Of a DNA stretch of 64,000 nt, positions 27,927 through 41,479 are shown one piece after another. The notes under the pieces are model-generated. The model saw only the letters and a list, made by a program, of their open reading frames with translations. It searched no databases and was not told the origin of the DNA. The first letter of the stretch is position 1; each line of letters opens with the position of its first letter. The stretch is from Eledone cirrhosa (Eukaryota), in contig OZ024743.1 of assembly GCA_964016885.1 (NCBI GenBank), positions 259,346,001-259,410,000 of the forward strand, written 5' to 3'. Position numbers and translations under genes: made by a program.

Positions 27927-30197
27927 TCATCATCATCATCATCATCATCATCAGGTTTAGCGTCCGTGTTCCACGCTTGCATGGGTTTGGACGGGGGTTT
28001 TCCCACTTGAGGCAAGAGTGGTTGTCTTGCTCGCATAGGACTGTCTGGCGGGTTTTCTACAGTTGGATGCCCTTCCTAGCACCAACCACATTTACAGTGT
28101 GGGGCTGGGAGGTTTTTACCGTGTTGCCTACACGGCCACATTACAGCGTGGACTGTCTGGCGGGTTTTCTACAGCTGGATGCCCTTCCTAACACCAACCA
28201 CATTTACAGTGTGGGGCTGGGAGGTTTTTACCGTGTTGCCTACACGGCCACATTTACAGCGTGGACTGTGTGTTTTTTTGTCGTGACACCTACACGATCT
28301 CATTTGTTTCGGCCTGGATGTTGTGGGACCAACATAACTTTACATTGAAAGGGGCGGTGTGGATGGGGTGGAGGTGGTGGGACGGGGGGTGTGTTTTGAT
28401 AGAGATGCCTACTGACTGTAGTAGGTTTTTACTTTGTATTTAGGTAAGGCGGGTCTTCTCTATTACTGAGTACCGCCAAAGGTCTCGGTCCAGTGACATT
28501 GTCTTGGAGAGGTGTAAGCGTGTGAAGTCGGAATTTATCAGCTCGTCCATGTTTTTCTGGGTCTGCCTACTCCGTGGCTACCGTCTATCTTTATTGCCCT
28601 GCACTTTGTTATACAGCTGTCGTCTTTCATGCGCATCACGTGACCGTACCAACGTAGCCTTCTCTCGAGTAAACAACATCTGATCCCTCTTATTTCTAAT
28701 TTTTTTTCCTTAGTTCACGTATATTACTATTGCACATCCAGCGGAGCATGCAAGCTTCGTTCCTCTCTAGTCTGCGTATATCCTCTGCACACAATGCCCA
28801 GGTCTCACTGCCATGCAGCATTGCTGTTCGTATGCAGGCATCGTATAACCTGCCTTTCATTTCTAGGGAGAACCCTCTAGCGGCTAATAGTGGTATAAGC
28901 TCTCTGAACTTTTTCCATCCAGTTCTGACTCTAGCTACTGTACTTTCAGAGTACCCTCCCCCACTGCTGATTTTGTCACCCAGATAACGGAAGCTGTCCA
29001 CTATTTCTATAGAACCCTCTGCGCAGTTGAAGGAGCTAGTATTTTGTGGGCACTTGCTGCTACTTATTGCACCAGAGCACCGGCCACATGTAAAATCTAT
29101 GTTCTTAGTTAGCTTACCTGTGATCCCACTACATCTTTTATGCACCCATACTTTGCATTTGGGACATAAAATGGAGTTTCTACCTACGCCTTTCCTACAC
29201 ACTGAGCATGGCCATTTCCCAGATGGGACTGCCGCCTTATTTTCTTTCCTACAAACTAGAACATTAGTCTTAGCCAGGTTAATTTTAAGGCCTTTTGATT
29301 CTCGGCCGTGCTACCATGTTTGGAATTTCTTCTCTAGTTCGGTCATTGATTCAGCTATGAGCGTTAGATGATCTGCGTATAGGAGTTCCCATGGGAAGCC
29401 GGTCTTGAACTCCTCTGTTATAGCCTGAAGGGCAATAATAAATAGTAGGGGGCTAAGAACAGAGCCCTGATGGACACCAACTTTTACGCTAAACTCTTCA
29501 CTATATTCGTTGTTAATTCTAACCTTACTGACTGTTTCTTTATACATGGCTTGTATAGCTCTCACAAGCCATTCGTCAACACCTAGCTTTGTAAGAGACC
29601 ACCAGATAATGGAACGGGGGACTCTGTCGAAGGCTTTCTCCAAGTCGACGAAAGCTAAGTATAGGGGTTTACTTTTAGCTAGGTACTTCTCCTGTAGTTG
29701 TCGTACAATGAAAAGAGCGTCTGTGGTACTTTTGCCTGACACAAACCCGAACTGCATTTCATCTAGATCAATTCTCTCTCTGATTAGTTGCGCTATTACT
29801 TTTTCCGTGACCTTCATGACCTGGTCGATTAATTTAATGCCTCTATAGTTACTCCTATCTAGGGCATCTCCTTTTCCCTTATAGCAGTTAACGATGATGC
29901 TGCTACGCCAGTCCTTCGGAACAACCCCATTCTGTACGACTTGGTTAACTATCCGGGTGACCATGGTGTGTCCCACCGAACCAGATGCCTTCAGCATCTC
30001 AGCAACTATTTCCGAAGGACCAGCCGCCTTACCCGTCTTCATATCTTTGATTGCCTTGCTTATTGTACTACCCTAGACTAACACTGCTGGTCCCTCTATT
30101 GGGTCGATGTGGGGGAGACTGTCTTTCTCCCATTTGTTCTCCTCATTTAGAAGCCTTTCGTAGTGACACTTCCAAGCTACCTTCTTATCAGCGTTGG
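27927..30197 (-). mobile_element. 5'-truncated RTE-type LINE (RT plus PHD-like finger) with (GAT)n tail
   Basis: ORF 29311-30042 has KAAGPSEI, NYRGIKL, QFGF, FVDLEKAFDRVPR, GVHQGSVLSPLLF and LLYADH. ORF 28696-29202 has C..CRKGVGRNSILCPKCKVWVHKRC...CGRC, FRYLG and LHGSETW. There is a ~112-bp tandem duplication in the 3' UTR (28038-28270). Both sides are flanked by (TA)n. Confidence 0.95.
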
Positions 30198-30464
30198 ATA
30201 TATATATATATATATACATACATACATATATGTGTGCGCAAATAAGCACCTACTTACAACAACACATGTAGAGACGGAAAGATAGGTACATAATTTTTTA
30301 ATAATAAAAATGAATTATATTTTGCGTGAAATATGTCCTGCTGAGGAAAGTCAATATATCTTCTAGACGAAATATAATTATGAATGTCTTAATAAATCAG
30401 AAGCCCACAATCGATTGCTTGAAATATATGCTAAATATTATACCTCCTACGTATAGCTTTAACA

Positions 30465-31010
30465 TAAAGTCAACATAAGCAACATTAAATACAGTCAATA
30501 TAGACAACATAATACAGTCAACATAAACAACATATAATACTATCAGCATAGACAACATATAATACTGTCCACGTAGACAACATATAATACTGTCAACATA
30601 GACAATATATAACACTCTTAGCATAGACAACATTTAATACTGTCCACGTAGACAACATATAATGCTGTCAACATAGACAACATATAATACTGTCAACATA
30701 GACAACATAATACTATCAACATAGACAACATATAATACTGTCAACATAGACAGCATATAATACTGTCAACATAGACAACAATAAATGCAGTCAATATAGA
30801 AAACATATTGTATAATCAACATAGTTAACATTTAATACTGTCAACACAGACAACATTAAATTTAGTCAACAAATTTAATTCAGTCAACTAAGACAACATT
30901 TAATGCAGTCAACATAAATGACATTTAATGCAGGCAACATAAATAACATTTAATGCAGGCAACATAGACAATATTTAATGCAGTCAGTCAACATGGATAT
31001 TTAATACGGT
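30465..31010. repeat. ~21-23 bp minisatellite (CAACATAGACAACATATAATACTGT)
   Basis: Clear tandem units that degenerate toward the right end. Confidence 0.9.
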
Positions 31011-32834
31011 CGGTACAGACATTCTCTTGGTATACAATAAATTTACAGGGGTAGTTTGTAATTTAATGGTAAATTGATAAAACGATACGAGCAGTAAAAG
31101 GAAGAAAAGGAACAAGAATGAAGAATGAGAATGAAGAAGAAGAGGAGAATTGGGTAGGAAAGAAAGAGAAAGAGAAAGAGAAAGAATGGGGAAGAGAAGA
31201 AAATGGTGTCAGAAAAAAAGGAGACAGGCAGAAGAAAAGATGAGAAATTAGGAAAAGAAAAGAAAGTTGAAGAAAAAAGAAACGGGACAAAAGAAGAAGA
31301 AAGAAGAAAGACGGGAAAAGGAGGAAAGAAGTAGAAAAAGAAGAAAAGAATAAATCAAAGAAAAAAGGAGCAGAAGGCGGAAGAATAAGAAGAAGACACA
31401 GAAGAAGAATATAAAGGTAAAGAAAGAAAAGGAGCAAAAGAATATTAAGAAAATATGGGAGCCATATATATAATAGTAGCACCAGTGCCGGGGATATTTG
31501 GAATAGCTTATGTAAAAAAGTCCATTGGAGTGTTTTAAAGAATAAACAACAACAAAATAAAACGATGGAAAATATTTAAAAACTGTATAAAAATACCAAT
31601 AACTGAGGAAAATAAAGTACTAATGAACAGATTACAAGGCGAAACTAATAGAAAACATTACCAGGAAAAACTAATAGAAAAGATTCCAAGGCGAAACCTA
31701 AAATAACATTGACTACTGAAGGCAATGTTATTGATTGGTACGCATTGGCAATAAAAGCAGTAATCTTTTGTGACAATAGTCTCTCTCTTTCTCTCTCTCT
31801 CTCTCCCTATCTTTATCTTACTGTCTCCCCATTGTTCGTGACAAACCTACATTTTAGTGAGACAATAACCAACAGTAGTAAGCCGTATAAATTAATTCTC
31901 AATTCTTCTTCTTAACAAATACACTGATTACTTCTGATATGGTTTATTTTAGTTATGCATATAATAAATATCAGTATTTCCCTCTAGACCACTTTTATAC
32001 CTTTAGGTTTCACCGCCATCTTCGTAGTTCTTGCTTTCTTCTCTCCCTCTCATCTACGTTTCTCTCTCTTTCTCTTTCTGTCGTTATATGTCTCACACTC
32101 TGTCTCTCTATCTTTCTCTCTCTCCCCTCCCTTTCTGTCGCTTCTTCTTTGTCTCAGTCTTTCACTCGATGAACCTGTTAACATTTAACCCTTTCATTAT
32201 CATATTTCTCACGAAACACTGCCTATTATTTTCAAATTAAATAGAAAGTAATCAAGAGTCTTGAGGGATTTAGTAATATGAATAACATTCCAATATTTAT
32301 TTCGTGTTTGGAACATAACTTAACAAAGTTTCTCACTTAAGATTTTAGATAAATAGAAATACTTTAAAATATACAATATTGTATTATATAACCATGGGCA
32401 TTTCTCCGTATTTATTTTATATTTGTCTCGGCATCGCTTGTTATTATAAATGCTGTCACAAACTCTCACTGAGTTCGTTCCAAGCGAATGTTTCGATTCA
32501 GACCTCCTTTCTAAATAGGAAAAAATGGGAGTTTTGTTTTGAAAATCATCATTTACGCCTTTATCTACTACTGAAATTCTCTCTTTTTTTTCAAAATTTC
32601 CGGAAATCACCGGAAAAAAGGTGAAATGGATGATAGACAACATTGTTCTCCGTGGCGATGATTTCGTCATTTAGTCCGTTGATAAAACAACTGGGACATT
32701 AGTCGTCGGAACCGACGGAGGTCCAACAACAACAACCTCATAAAGCACAAACTATGAAATTGGTTTTTATGGAGGAGAGAGGGAAAGATGAGAATCAGAT
32801 TCTTCACAGCATCCATTATGCACCTGAAAACAAA

Positions 32835-32884
32835 TCTATTCTACTACTACTACTACTACTACTACTAATCTACTGCTGCTACTG

Positions 32885-32926
<42 letters not shown>

Positions 32927-32934
32927 ATCTACTG

Positions 32935-32971
<37 letters not shown>
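32835..32971. repeat. (CTA)n microsatellite
   Basis: Read directly from the sequence. Confidence 0.95.
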
Positions 32972-33022
32972 CTTAGGTACCCATTTAAACACTAATATGA
33001 TAGAACTGTTGACAGTAATATT

Positions 33023-34100
33023 GATTTCATTTATTGGCCACAATGGCCGACAAATGGGGGACAATACAAAAGACTGAGACAGTGGGGTTTACATATACAA
33101 CATGTAAACAATATAAATAACAATAACAAAGTAACAAGAAAAATACAAGAAAAATTCCCCAATAGGGGGGATGACCACCCTGGGTTCACTCAGGTACCCC
33201 ACCAATCCTGAACGACCCGACGCTTCGAGAGCACCCTGGAAGGGTACCCATCTCCTCATCAAATTTACCCACCTACAGGCGCATGATCAGAGTAGGCCCA
33301 CACACACGGGCCATTCTCTCCACATTCACCCACCTTTCAGCAAATGTACTGGGGGGCACCTTCCTTTTCAAGTGAAACTTGGAGAAGTTGATGAGGGATT
33401 GGCCGAAGAGAAAAGTGTCTGTCTTCAGTCCTTTCAACCTAGTCCACCATACAACCTCTTTTACTACTGCCACCAGACAGAGGAAAATTGCCTGCCCTTC
33501 CTGGCCAAAAGAAGGCGGCGGGTCGATCTTCACTATGGACTCGGCGGATAGCCGGATCCATTCTACACGCGACAACAGCTGTTCAACATAACTCCACAAG
33601 ACAGTAATGCACGGACACTGGACGAGTGCGTGCAGAACGGTTTCGTTGCTCTGCGCGCATCTCGGGCAGGTCAGCAGTTCCGTACCTGTAGAGTTTATCT
33701 CGAATCGGCAGTGCCCCCCGGTAGCACTGCCAAGCGAGAGATTTTGGGAAATTATCCATCGTCCTCGACTCGAAAGTCCTCCGGAACAGACTGGTTAGTT
33801 CGACTTCCTCGACGCCCAAAGCCTCTCCGAGTGCGTCGTCGCACTTGCCGACCACTAATCCTCTATAGAACTCGAGAGTGGAAGTTCCACTGACTTCATT
33901 GCCCGCCTGGTAGAGGGCAGTGAGTGCCTGGCAACATTCCAGATGCCAGTCACCTAGTCTCAGTCTCTCTTGATCCAGGACTGCAGCTCAGTCAAAGAGA
34001 CAAGCTGCGGAAAGGCCCGTCTGACAAATGGCGACCACACCGTTTAGGCAGAATATCTGGAGATGCGGCAGTCTCAGCGTGTGTCTGCGCATCATTAGTC
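33023..34100 (-). mobile_element. Tx1/L1-type LINE 3' fragment with a 19-bp target-site duplication
   Basis: SLAWQCYRGALPIRDKLYRYG (zf-RVT) and LWSYVEQLLS...VVWWTR. TSD AACTGTTGACAGTAATATT at 33004-33022 and 34101-34119. Confidence 0.9.
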
Positions 34101-35665
34101 AACTGTTGACAGTAATATTAAAAGAGCCAAGAGACTTGATATGAGACATAACCTCATGGAAAGGCGGCTATAACATGGGGAAGTGTGAGTCATATCAACA
34201 ACATCAAAAACAACTTGGGAATTTCTCATGGCGGTAATGGTAATCCTAGATGTATAGGGTCCCTTGATTATATCCCTTTCTACACAATTGTCCTCTAGTT
34301 AATGTGTCTCACTGTAGCTGTAGCCATGATAGTTTCCTTACAGTAGATTCTGTCTAACCTTACCATAAGTTTCTTTTCTGTTAATCTCTCTTTTTAATGT
34401 TCGCTCATCTATTCCTCTTGTGGCAAATAAAATAGTTTTTTCATTAGAGTGGCTGCTTCGCTGAATAGCTGGAGCGTCAGACAAATTGCCTTGTGGTATT
34501 TGTCCCGCCTCATAACGTTCTGAGTGCAAATTTGTTGTTGATATTGTTGTTGTTGTTGTTATTTCTGTTATTATTATTATTGTTGTTGTTGCGATAGGGC
34601 AATGGATGGTATAATGAGTCAAAATGTCGGCATTATTTAGTAACATCCACTTACGATCAATGTTCAAATTCCAGTAGAATCGATTTTTCCCTTTCATCTT
34701 TCTTCGGTCGATAAACTAAATATCAGTCAAGGACTGTCGTGGAATTAAACGACTATAACCCGCTATCTTTAAATGTGTGACCTTGGTGATAGTCTAAGGA
34801 AATGATTATTGCTAAGAAGACGGTGGATTTCGTAATCAGTCTGGTATACTACAGAATGTCTTGCAGCATTTAATTATGTATCTTCATCTACTGAAGATAA
34901 ATGCCACCTAAGTTCACTTTCACTCATATTTATCCGAGACCTATAAGGCGATCACCTGATACATATTCAATTAATTTTACTCATCCTCAAATATTCGTGG
35001 CCTCGTGTCAATTTTCGAAATTGTATATTCGAAATAACACGCTATGCATAGTTTAAAACGTTTAATATCAAATTGTTGAAACTGTCCCTGAAGTGATTAT
35101 ATCAACTTTAAACAACCCATCACAATTCTACGTACATATATTATTATATTCTAAACGATTACCTAAGTTAGTTATGTTAATAAATCCATCTACATCCGTA
35201 CGTTCCGAATTCAAATCACATGGAGGTCAACTTTGCTTTTCATCCTTTCAGGGTCGATAACATAAAGTACCAGTCACACACCAGAGTCGATGTAATCGAC
35301 TTGAAATGTTCCTACGTATTATTTGCCTTGTGATTAAATTAGAAATCTTTATTACATTTTTCTGAATGGAGGGTTTATTAGAGCGCCGGACAAAATGTCA
35401 TATACTATTTAGTTATGGCACTTTACTTTCGAGGTTCGAAACCTGCCGAGGTTAACTTTGCCTTTCATCTTTCTGGAGTCGCAAAAAAAAAGTACCTCTT
35501 AACCATTGGGTTGTTGAAATGGATATATCACCTCCTCCATAAAAAATTGCTGGTGTTGTGCCTAAATTGGAAACCATTAATAGATGGACTATATAAATCG
35601 AGCGTTTTATTCAGTGATCTTTCATCTTTCTTCTACCAATGCAGCTTCAATGATTTATATAGCAA

Positions 35666-35695
<30 letters not shown>

Positions 35696-35705
<10 letters not shown>

Positions 35706-36121
35706 AGATCAAAAGATGGTTAAAAGAGTTCCATGTATTTTATTATGCGCATTTCAAAAACAAATATCATCATGCAATAACATTTGTGTTTTCATCAGAT
35801 AAAATAGGAAGACATGATATGAAGGTTAAAAAACACTTGTGAATAGTGCAGTTTTAAATCAACATATCATATTGATTTAAAACTGCACTATTCACAAGTG
35901 TTTTTTAACCTTCATATCATGTCTTCCTATTTTATCTGATGAAAACACAAATGTTATTGCATGATGATATTTGTTTTTGAAATGCGCATAATAAAATACA
36001 TGGAACTCTTTTAACCATCTTTTGATTTTATATATTATGTATACTCCAGTCCTACAAACTGTAGAGTGCTTCTTATCCGATATCTGCATTGCTTTATTGT
36101 ACTACAACAAAACTCACCTTC

Positions 36122-36125
<4 letters not shown>
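35696..36125 (+). mobile_element. Fold-back HHR element: 167-bp arms (35696-35862 / 35872-36038) plus an ~85-bp unpaired tail, inside (TA)n
   Basis: The arms pair (coordinate sum 71734) with about 1 mismatch, and there is a hammerhead in each arm. Confidence 0.9.
35928..35998 (+). ncRNA. Type I hammerhead ribozyme (mirror copy on the - strand at 35736-35806)
   Basis: tattttat-CTGATGA-[aaac-acaaatgttatt-gcat-gatgatatttgt-tttt]-GAAA-t-gcgc-a-TA-ataaaata. 8-bp stem I and AUA site at 35990. Confidence 0.9.
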
Positions 36126-36166
<41 letters not shown>

Positions 36167-36364
36167 ATACTTGGGGAGGGTCATATTTGTGTAATATTGC
36201 CAGAATTAATAACAGAACACACTCACTGTTTGGTTGGTTTTCGCTTTTCGCTTCTGTGTCTTTTATATCGGTAATCTAATTCATTCGGTCCTCAATGTTG
36301 CCATTGACTGACCAACGGTAAAAAATAATACAGATACAATATAGACACAAACATATATATAGTT

Positions 36365-36407
36365 TATCAAAGTTCTTTCGTTGCACATCTGCAACATCGT
36401 CAGTGGT
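36365..36407 (-). ncRNA. Minimal hammerhead-like motif at the PLE 3' end
   Basis: Reverse complement reads acca-CTGACGA-t-gttgca-gatg-tgcaac-GAAA-gaac-TT-tgat. Stem II is strong, stems I and III are weak. Confidence 0.65.
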
Positions 36408-36702
36408 GCTATTGTTTCCTCACGTTGCATTGTATTTTCTACGCCATCTTTATTTAGTCTGTTTATATATTTATTTATTTAGTTATTTTATTTTGTCTTC
36501 TTTGCGCATGCGTTTGCGTGTGTGTATAGTGTTTTGTTTGATGTGTGTTCGTGATTGGGTGACTGTGTATTGGTTAATGTAGTCTATCTTTACTAGTGTG
36601 TGTTTATATGTGTTTGTTGTTATTGTGCTTGTGTATTTATTTATTTATTTATTTATTTATCTATTTATTTATTTACACTTCTCTTAGGTCAGTGTTGTTT
36701 AT

Positions 36703-36996
36703 TTAGGTGTTGTTGTTATTCCATTCATTCTTTCTGTTTAGCCTTGGCGTTCTAAGTTCTATTTCACTGGCCTCTCTGATTTGCCTATCTGCTGGGTCAT
36801 TTCTATGTTTATATATTATTCTAATTTCTATGTTGTCTATGTTACCGTCGTGTTGTTGTCTGGCATGTTCGTATAGTACTGAACCGTCTTTTAGTCCTTT
36901 TAGTTCCCCCCAGTGTTGGTCTGTCCTTTCTCCTATGCTACGAGCTGTTTCGCCTATGTATGTTGTTGTCATGTTCTGCAAGTACCCTCTGTACAT
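36703..36996 (-). pseudogene. GIY-YIG endonuclease domain of the Penelope-like element
   Basis: YIGETARSIGERTDQH...LYEHARQQH...RQIREASEIELRTPRLN. Confidence 0.9.
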
Positions 36997-38294
36997 CTTA
37001 TACTATAGACTACGTTTCTAGTTTTACAGTTTATCCGAGGATTTACCTTACATATGATACATTTCCTATTAGTACAGTGGGTTTTCTTAAAAGGGTAGGT
37101 TTTACTGATCAGGGATTTTATGGTGGTTCCTGGCTTTTCTACCACCTTAATCTTTAAGTGGGTCTTTCTCAGGGCCTTTCTACACTGGTTAGCTAATTTC
37201 CCTCCAGGGTTAGCGTTCACAAACATGACACTCTGGTATCTCTGGTTGTCGTACCATGAGGTGGCTTTCCTTATCTTATGTCTAGCCCTATCTAAGCTAT
37301 TCTATGATTTGCTCCTGTATAATGGGCAAATTCCTTTCATGTCCAGTTCTATGAGGGTCTTATACTTCTCCATGTCTCCTTCGTATACTCTGACTCTGTC
37401 TCTTTGGTTGTAGCCATAGAACTGCATGTGGTTGATGAAGTGTTGGATGTGTCTTTCCATTTCTGTTGGGTCGCACATGCGGGACACATTCTTCATCACT
37501 CGTACCAAATCTGCGATCAGAATATTAAACTTAGCACTACTGGACATTGCTGAGTTTTTGAGTATCAGGTATTTGGAGGCTATGGGTTCAGCATAGTGTG
37601 AGTGGAGAATTTGGGCTCTCTCGTCTATAGTGTTAATCCAGAGTTCCGTGTCTAATACAGGTAGTCTATTTTTAGGGTGTTTGGAAGGGTAGTCGATAGT
37701 TACAGTTATACTCTGGTCTATGGAATTAGCTATCTGCTGGATGCTTTCCATTGTGCTACGTTCTAAATCAAACTTGTTAGTGCTCTCTAGTGGGGGTGTT
37801 CTTATAACTATATTGATATCGTCTACGTAACGAGAGTACATGATGAGGTCTATGGAGATCTTTAAGTCTTCTTTCCCACCATACCATAAAAAATTTGGCA
37901 ACATCACCAGCTATGCTGACGCCAATGGCTGCTCCCTCATTTTGTATGTAGATCTTCTCGTTGAACTTGAATATGTGGCCCTTTAGGGAAGTTTTGATAC
38001 TAGCCCCTATTGCATGTGCGACCATTTTTCTTACCTGATCATTGTTTTGTGGTGTCCGTATAGCTTTGGTCCACCCAATCCACCTTCCCATGGGAGTCTT
38101 TTTAGCCATTGAGGTTATGGTGGGGGTTCTACTTCTTATGGGTCTACTGGGGAAGAAACGTCTAAGGTCATGGCTATCTAGGTAGTCAGTGTCGTAGGTA
38201 AGTCTAAGTAGGAGGCCCAGTTCGTCTGTGTCGACGTCGGTCCACATCATCATGTGAGCGTTGGGGATTATATATATATATAGACACACATATA

Positions 38295-38377
<83 letters not shown>

Positions 38378-38402
38378 ATGCTTATTATATACAAAAATAT
38401 AA

Positions 38403-38492
<90 letters not shown>

Positions 38493-39068
38493 CAGAAAGA
38501 GTAGGTATTGCTTCAGTAAATATATTTATCAGAACAGAAAATTGACAATGTCAAAATAAATCAGAAATATAGAATTGATTATATTTACATGAGAAAGATT
38601 TGTGTTACTGGTTCAGTTAATGGCAACGTGAATTGTTGCTAATTGAAATATGCTTACTTCGTTGAGACAACTGAAACCACCATATTCCATTAATAGCCGA
38701 CGAAGGACCATATAATAAACAACTTTATCTGCTGGAAATAGTAGGTGTATCATCTACAAATCAGATCATACTGTCCTTAAAACGGAAGAACATGGATAAT
38801 ATATTCCTAAATACACTGTACTTATCAAAAACACGGGAGGGGTTTAGCTGGAAAGTGTTTTATTATAGATGTCTTCTAGTTTAAAATAGACGCTGTGTAA
38901 GCATAATGGGGTGGCTAAGTAGTTCGCTTCGTAACCACATTGTTGTGTGTTCAGTCTTAGTAATAATAATAAATTGGAAGACTAAAATACAAAGAGGGCT
39001 CGATAAGATAAATATATATCAAATATATAAAAACCGTAGAGCAAATATTTATTAAAATAACAGATTAA

Positions 39069-39119
39069 AGTTTAAGCAAAGAATCGCTGCTTTCACTCTT
39101 AACGGGATCTTCTGAAACT
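39069..39119 (-). ncRNA. Variant hammerhead (CAGAAGA core), HHR-A
   Basis: Reverse complement reads agttt-CAGAAGA-t-cccgttaagag-t-GAAA-gca-gcgattctt-tgc-TT-aaact. The same variant core occurs at 54018-54068. Confidence 0.65.
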
Positions 39120-39317
39120 CTACGGTTTTTATATATATTATATATATATATAATCCTTATCGAGCCCTCTTCGGATTTTAGACTTCACATCTATTATTAT
39201 TGCTATTTATTTGGGAGGACTGCTGGATTTTCTAATCTACCAGTCTCTTAGCGCTGAGGGAGACCATCACCATTCTATTAATGTCGATATAATTCTTATA
39301 TCGATATTATTAGGGCA

Positions 39318-39441
39318 TCCACTGATGAGTTTATAAGAGCCCGCTTGTGTATAAAACTATCGATTATATACAAGTTTCTACATAACTTGGAAATTATTTA
39401 TCCCAAATTGTAGAAATCTTATAACGAAACGGCCGTCTGGA
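39318..39441 (+). ncRNA. Type I hammerhead with a large branched stem II, HHR-B
   Basis: tcca-CTGATGA-gtttataaga-[two hairpins]-tcttataac-GAAA-c-ggcc-g-TC-tgga. GUC site at 39437. Confidence 0.9.
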
Positions 39442-39619
39442 AGGAAAGAGATATTTATTTAATAATGTCTCATATAAAATAATACAACCAGCTATCCACG
39501 AAATACTGATTAGTTATCCCCCCAAACACTAAATTGGGATAATACTTAAGTATATCCTAATGTTTGTTGAGTGAGATGGAGTTGGTCGGAGTATCGCTTA
39601 AGGCTTTCTCTGTTTATGT

Positions 39620-39662
<43 letters not shown>

Positions 39663-39695
39663 TATTGTATATATATATATATACAATACATAAAC

Positions 39696-40431
<736 letters not shown>

Positions 40432-41479
40432 GTGTGTGTGCGTGTGTGTGGTATGTATCTATATTTTTGTTTGTATTTGTGTCTGTGTTTATCGTCCCGT
40501 AATCTTGTGGTACGACAAAAAAAAGATAAGAATATGTTCCAGACCTCATAAAATATGTACAGGGGTCTATATGATCGACGAAACCAAGGCACCGATCTAG
40601 CATGTCCCAGTATAATGCCTGACACCAGTAAATGAGTGAAAATAACATATTCTATGAAATATATTTAAGTACGTTCAACTTACGCTGATCGGTTCTTTCA
40701 GTCTTGTTATGTGATTTTGTATATCTTGATGGGTTGCCTAGCATTAGAAGTTTTCTTTAATGGATTCTTATTCATGGATGCACCATGGCTGAATAGTCAA
40801 GAGGTCAGCTCCGCAATCATTAATTCCCAACTCGATTCCACATTTTGGGCGTCATTTACCATTGCTTCGTGTCGACCCATGCCTCATAGGTGAAATTGTG
40901 TAGATGGAAACTGCTTGGAATCCGTAGGATGAACTCTACGTGTTATTCAATGGGCAGGACTTGTCACATACTGTGTCAGACTAATTTCCACTAATAACTG
41001 TGTAAAGGGTACATGTGTCTGTGGATTGCTCAACCACTTGCACGTTAATTTCTTGAGCTGTTTTTCCCGTTGATCAAACAACTGGAACATGCTTCATCGA
41101 AATCGACGTAGGCCCATCGATTCAACGCATCGCATTCTCTACTTTAAAGAAAACAATCACGTGTGCAATGCCAAAGTAAACCTCTGTCAGTATTCAGAAA
41201 GTTGCAATATCGTTTAACAATATTTGATAGAGAAGAAAACATTTTGATGGATTCTTCAATTTGTTATGAATTTATATCAACAATGATGTTTACAATACAA
41301 TGAAATATAATTTCTAATTTTCTAGCAAATTTGGATCAAGTGGAATTGGACTTTACTTTGTTTTCATTTATCGCAATTTTGAAATAGAAGCAGACGAATG
41401 ACGACGACAATAGTTGTAGAAACTAGGAAGAGAATTTAAATCTAGTAAACATTGATAGATTCATGTACACCTGACGTGA

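Larger units (their letters stand above)
36352..38266 (-). mobile_element. Penelope-like element (RT, Cys-rich linker, C-terminal GIY-YIG), 5'-truncated and pseudogenised
   Basis: [38 protein letters not shown]...CKTRNVVYSIRC...C, YIGETARS..ER..H, H....H, REASEI..P.LN. Frameshifts near 37870 and 36975 and a TAG at 37302. Flanked by (TA)n. Confidence 0.95.
38960..39545. mobile_element. Fold-back element with two different hammerheads
   Basis: Arms ~38960-39041 / 39118-39200. HHR-A lies on the - strand in the spacer and HHR-B on the + strand in the extension. Same family as 53905-54184. Confidence 0.75.

Noticed and set aside
30465-31010. CRISPR-like periodic array
   Set aside because: The units are contiguous with no unique spacers, there are no cas genes and the context is eukaryotic. 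It is a minisatellite.
32183-32370. TTAACCCTTT piggyBac-like terminus
   Set aside because: No matching opposite TIR was found, so it is too weak to call.
37290-37310. In-frame stop in the PLE as possible recoding (selenocysteine)
   Set aside because: The stop is TAG, probably from TGG, not TGA, and the copy also has frameshifts.
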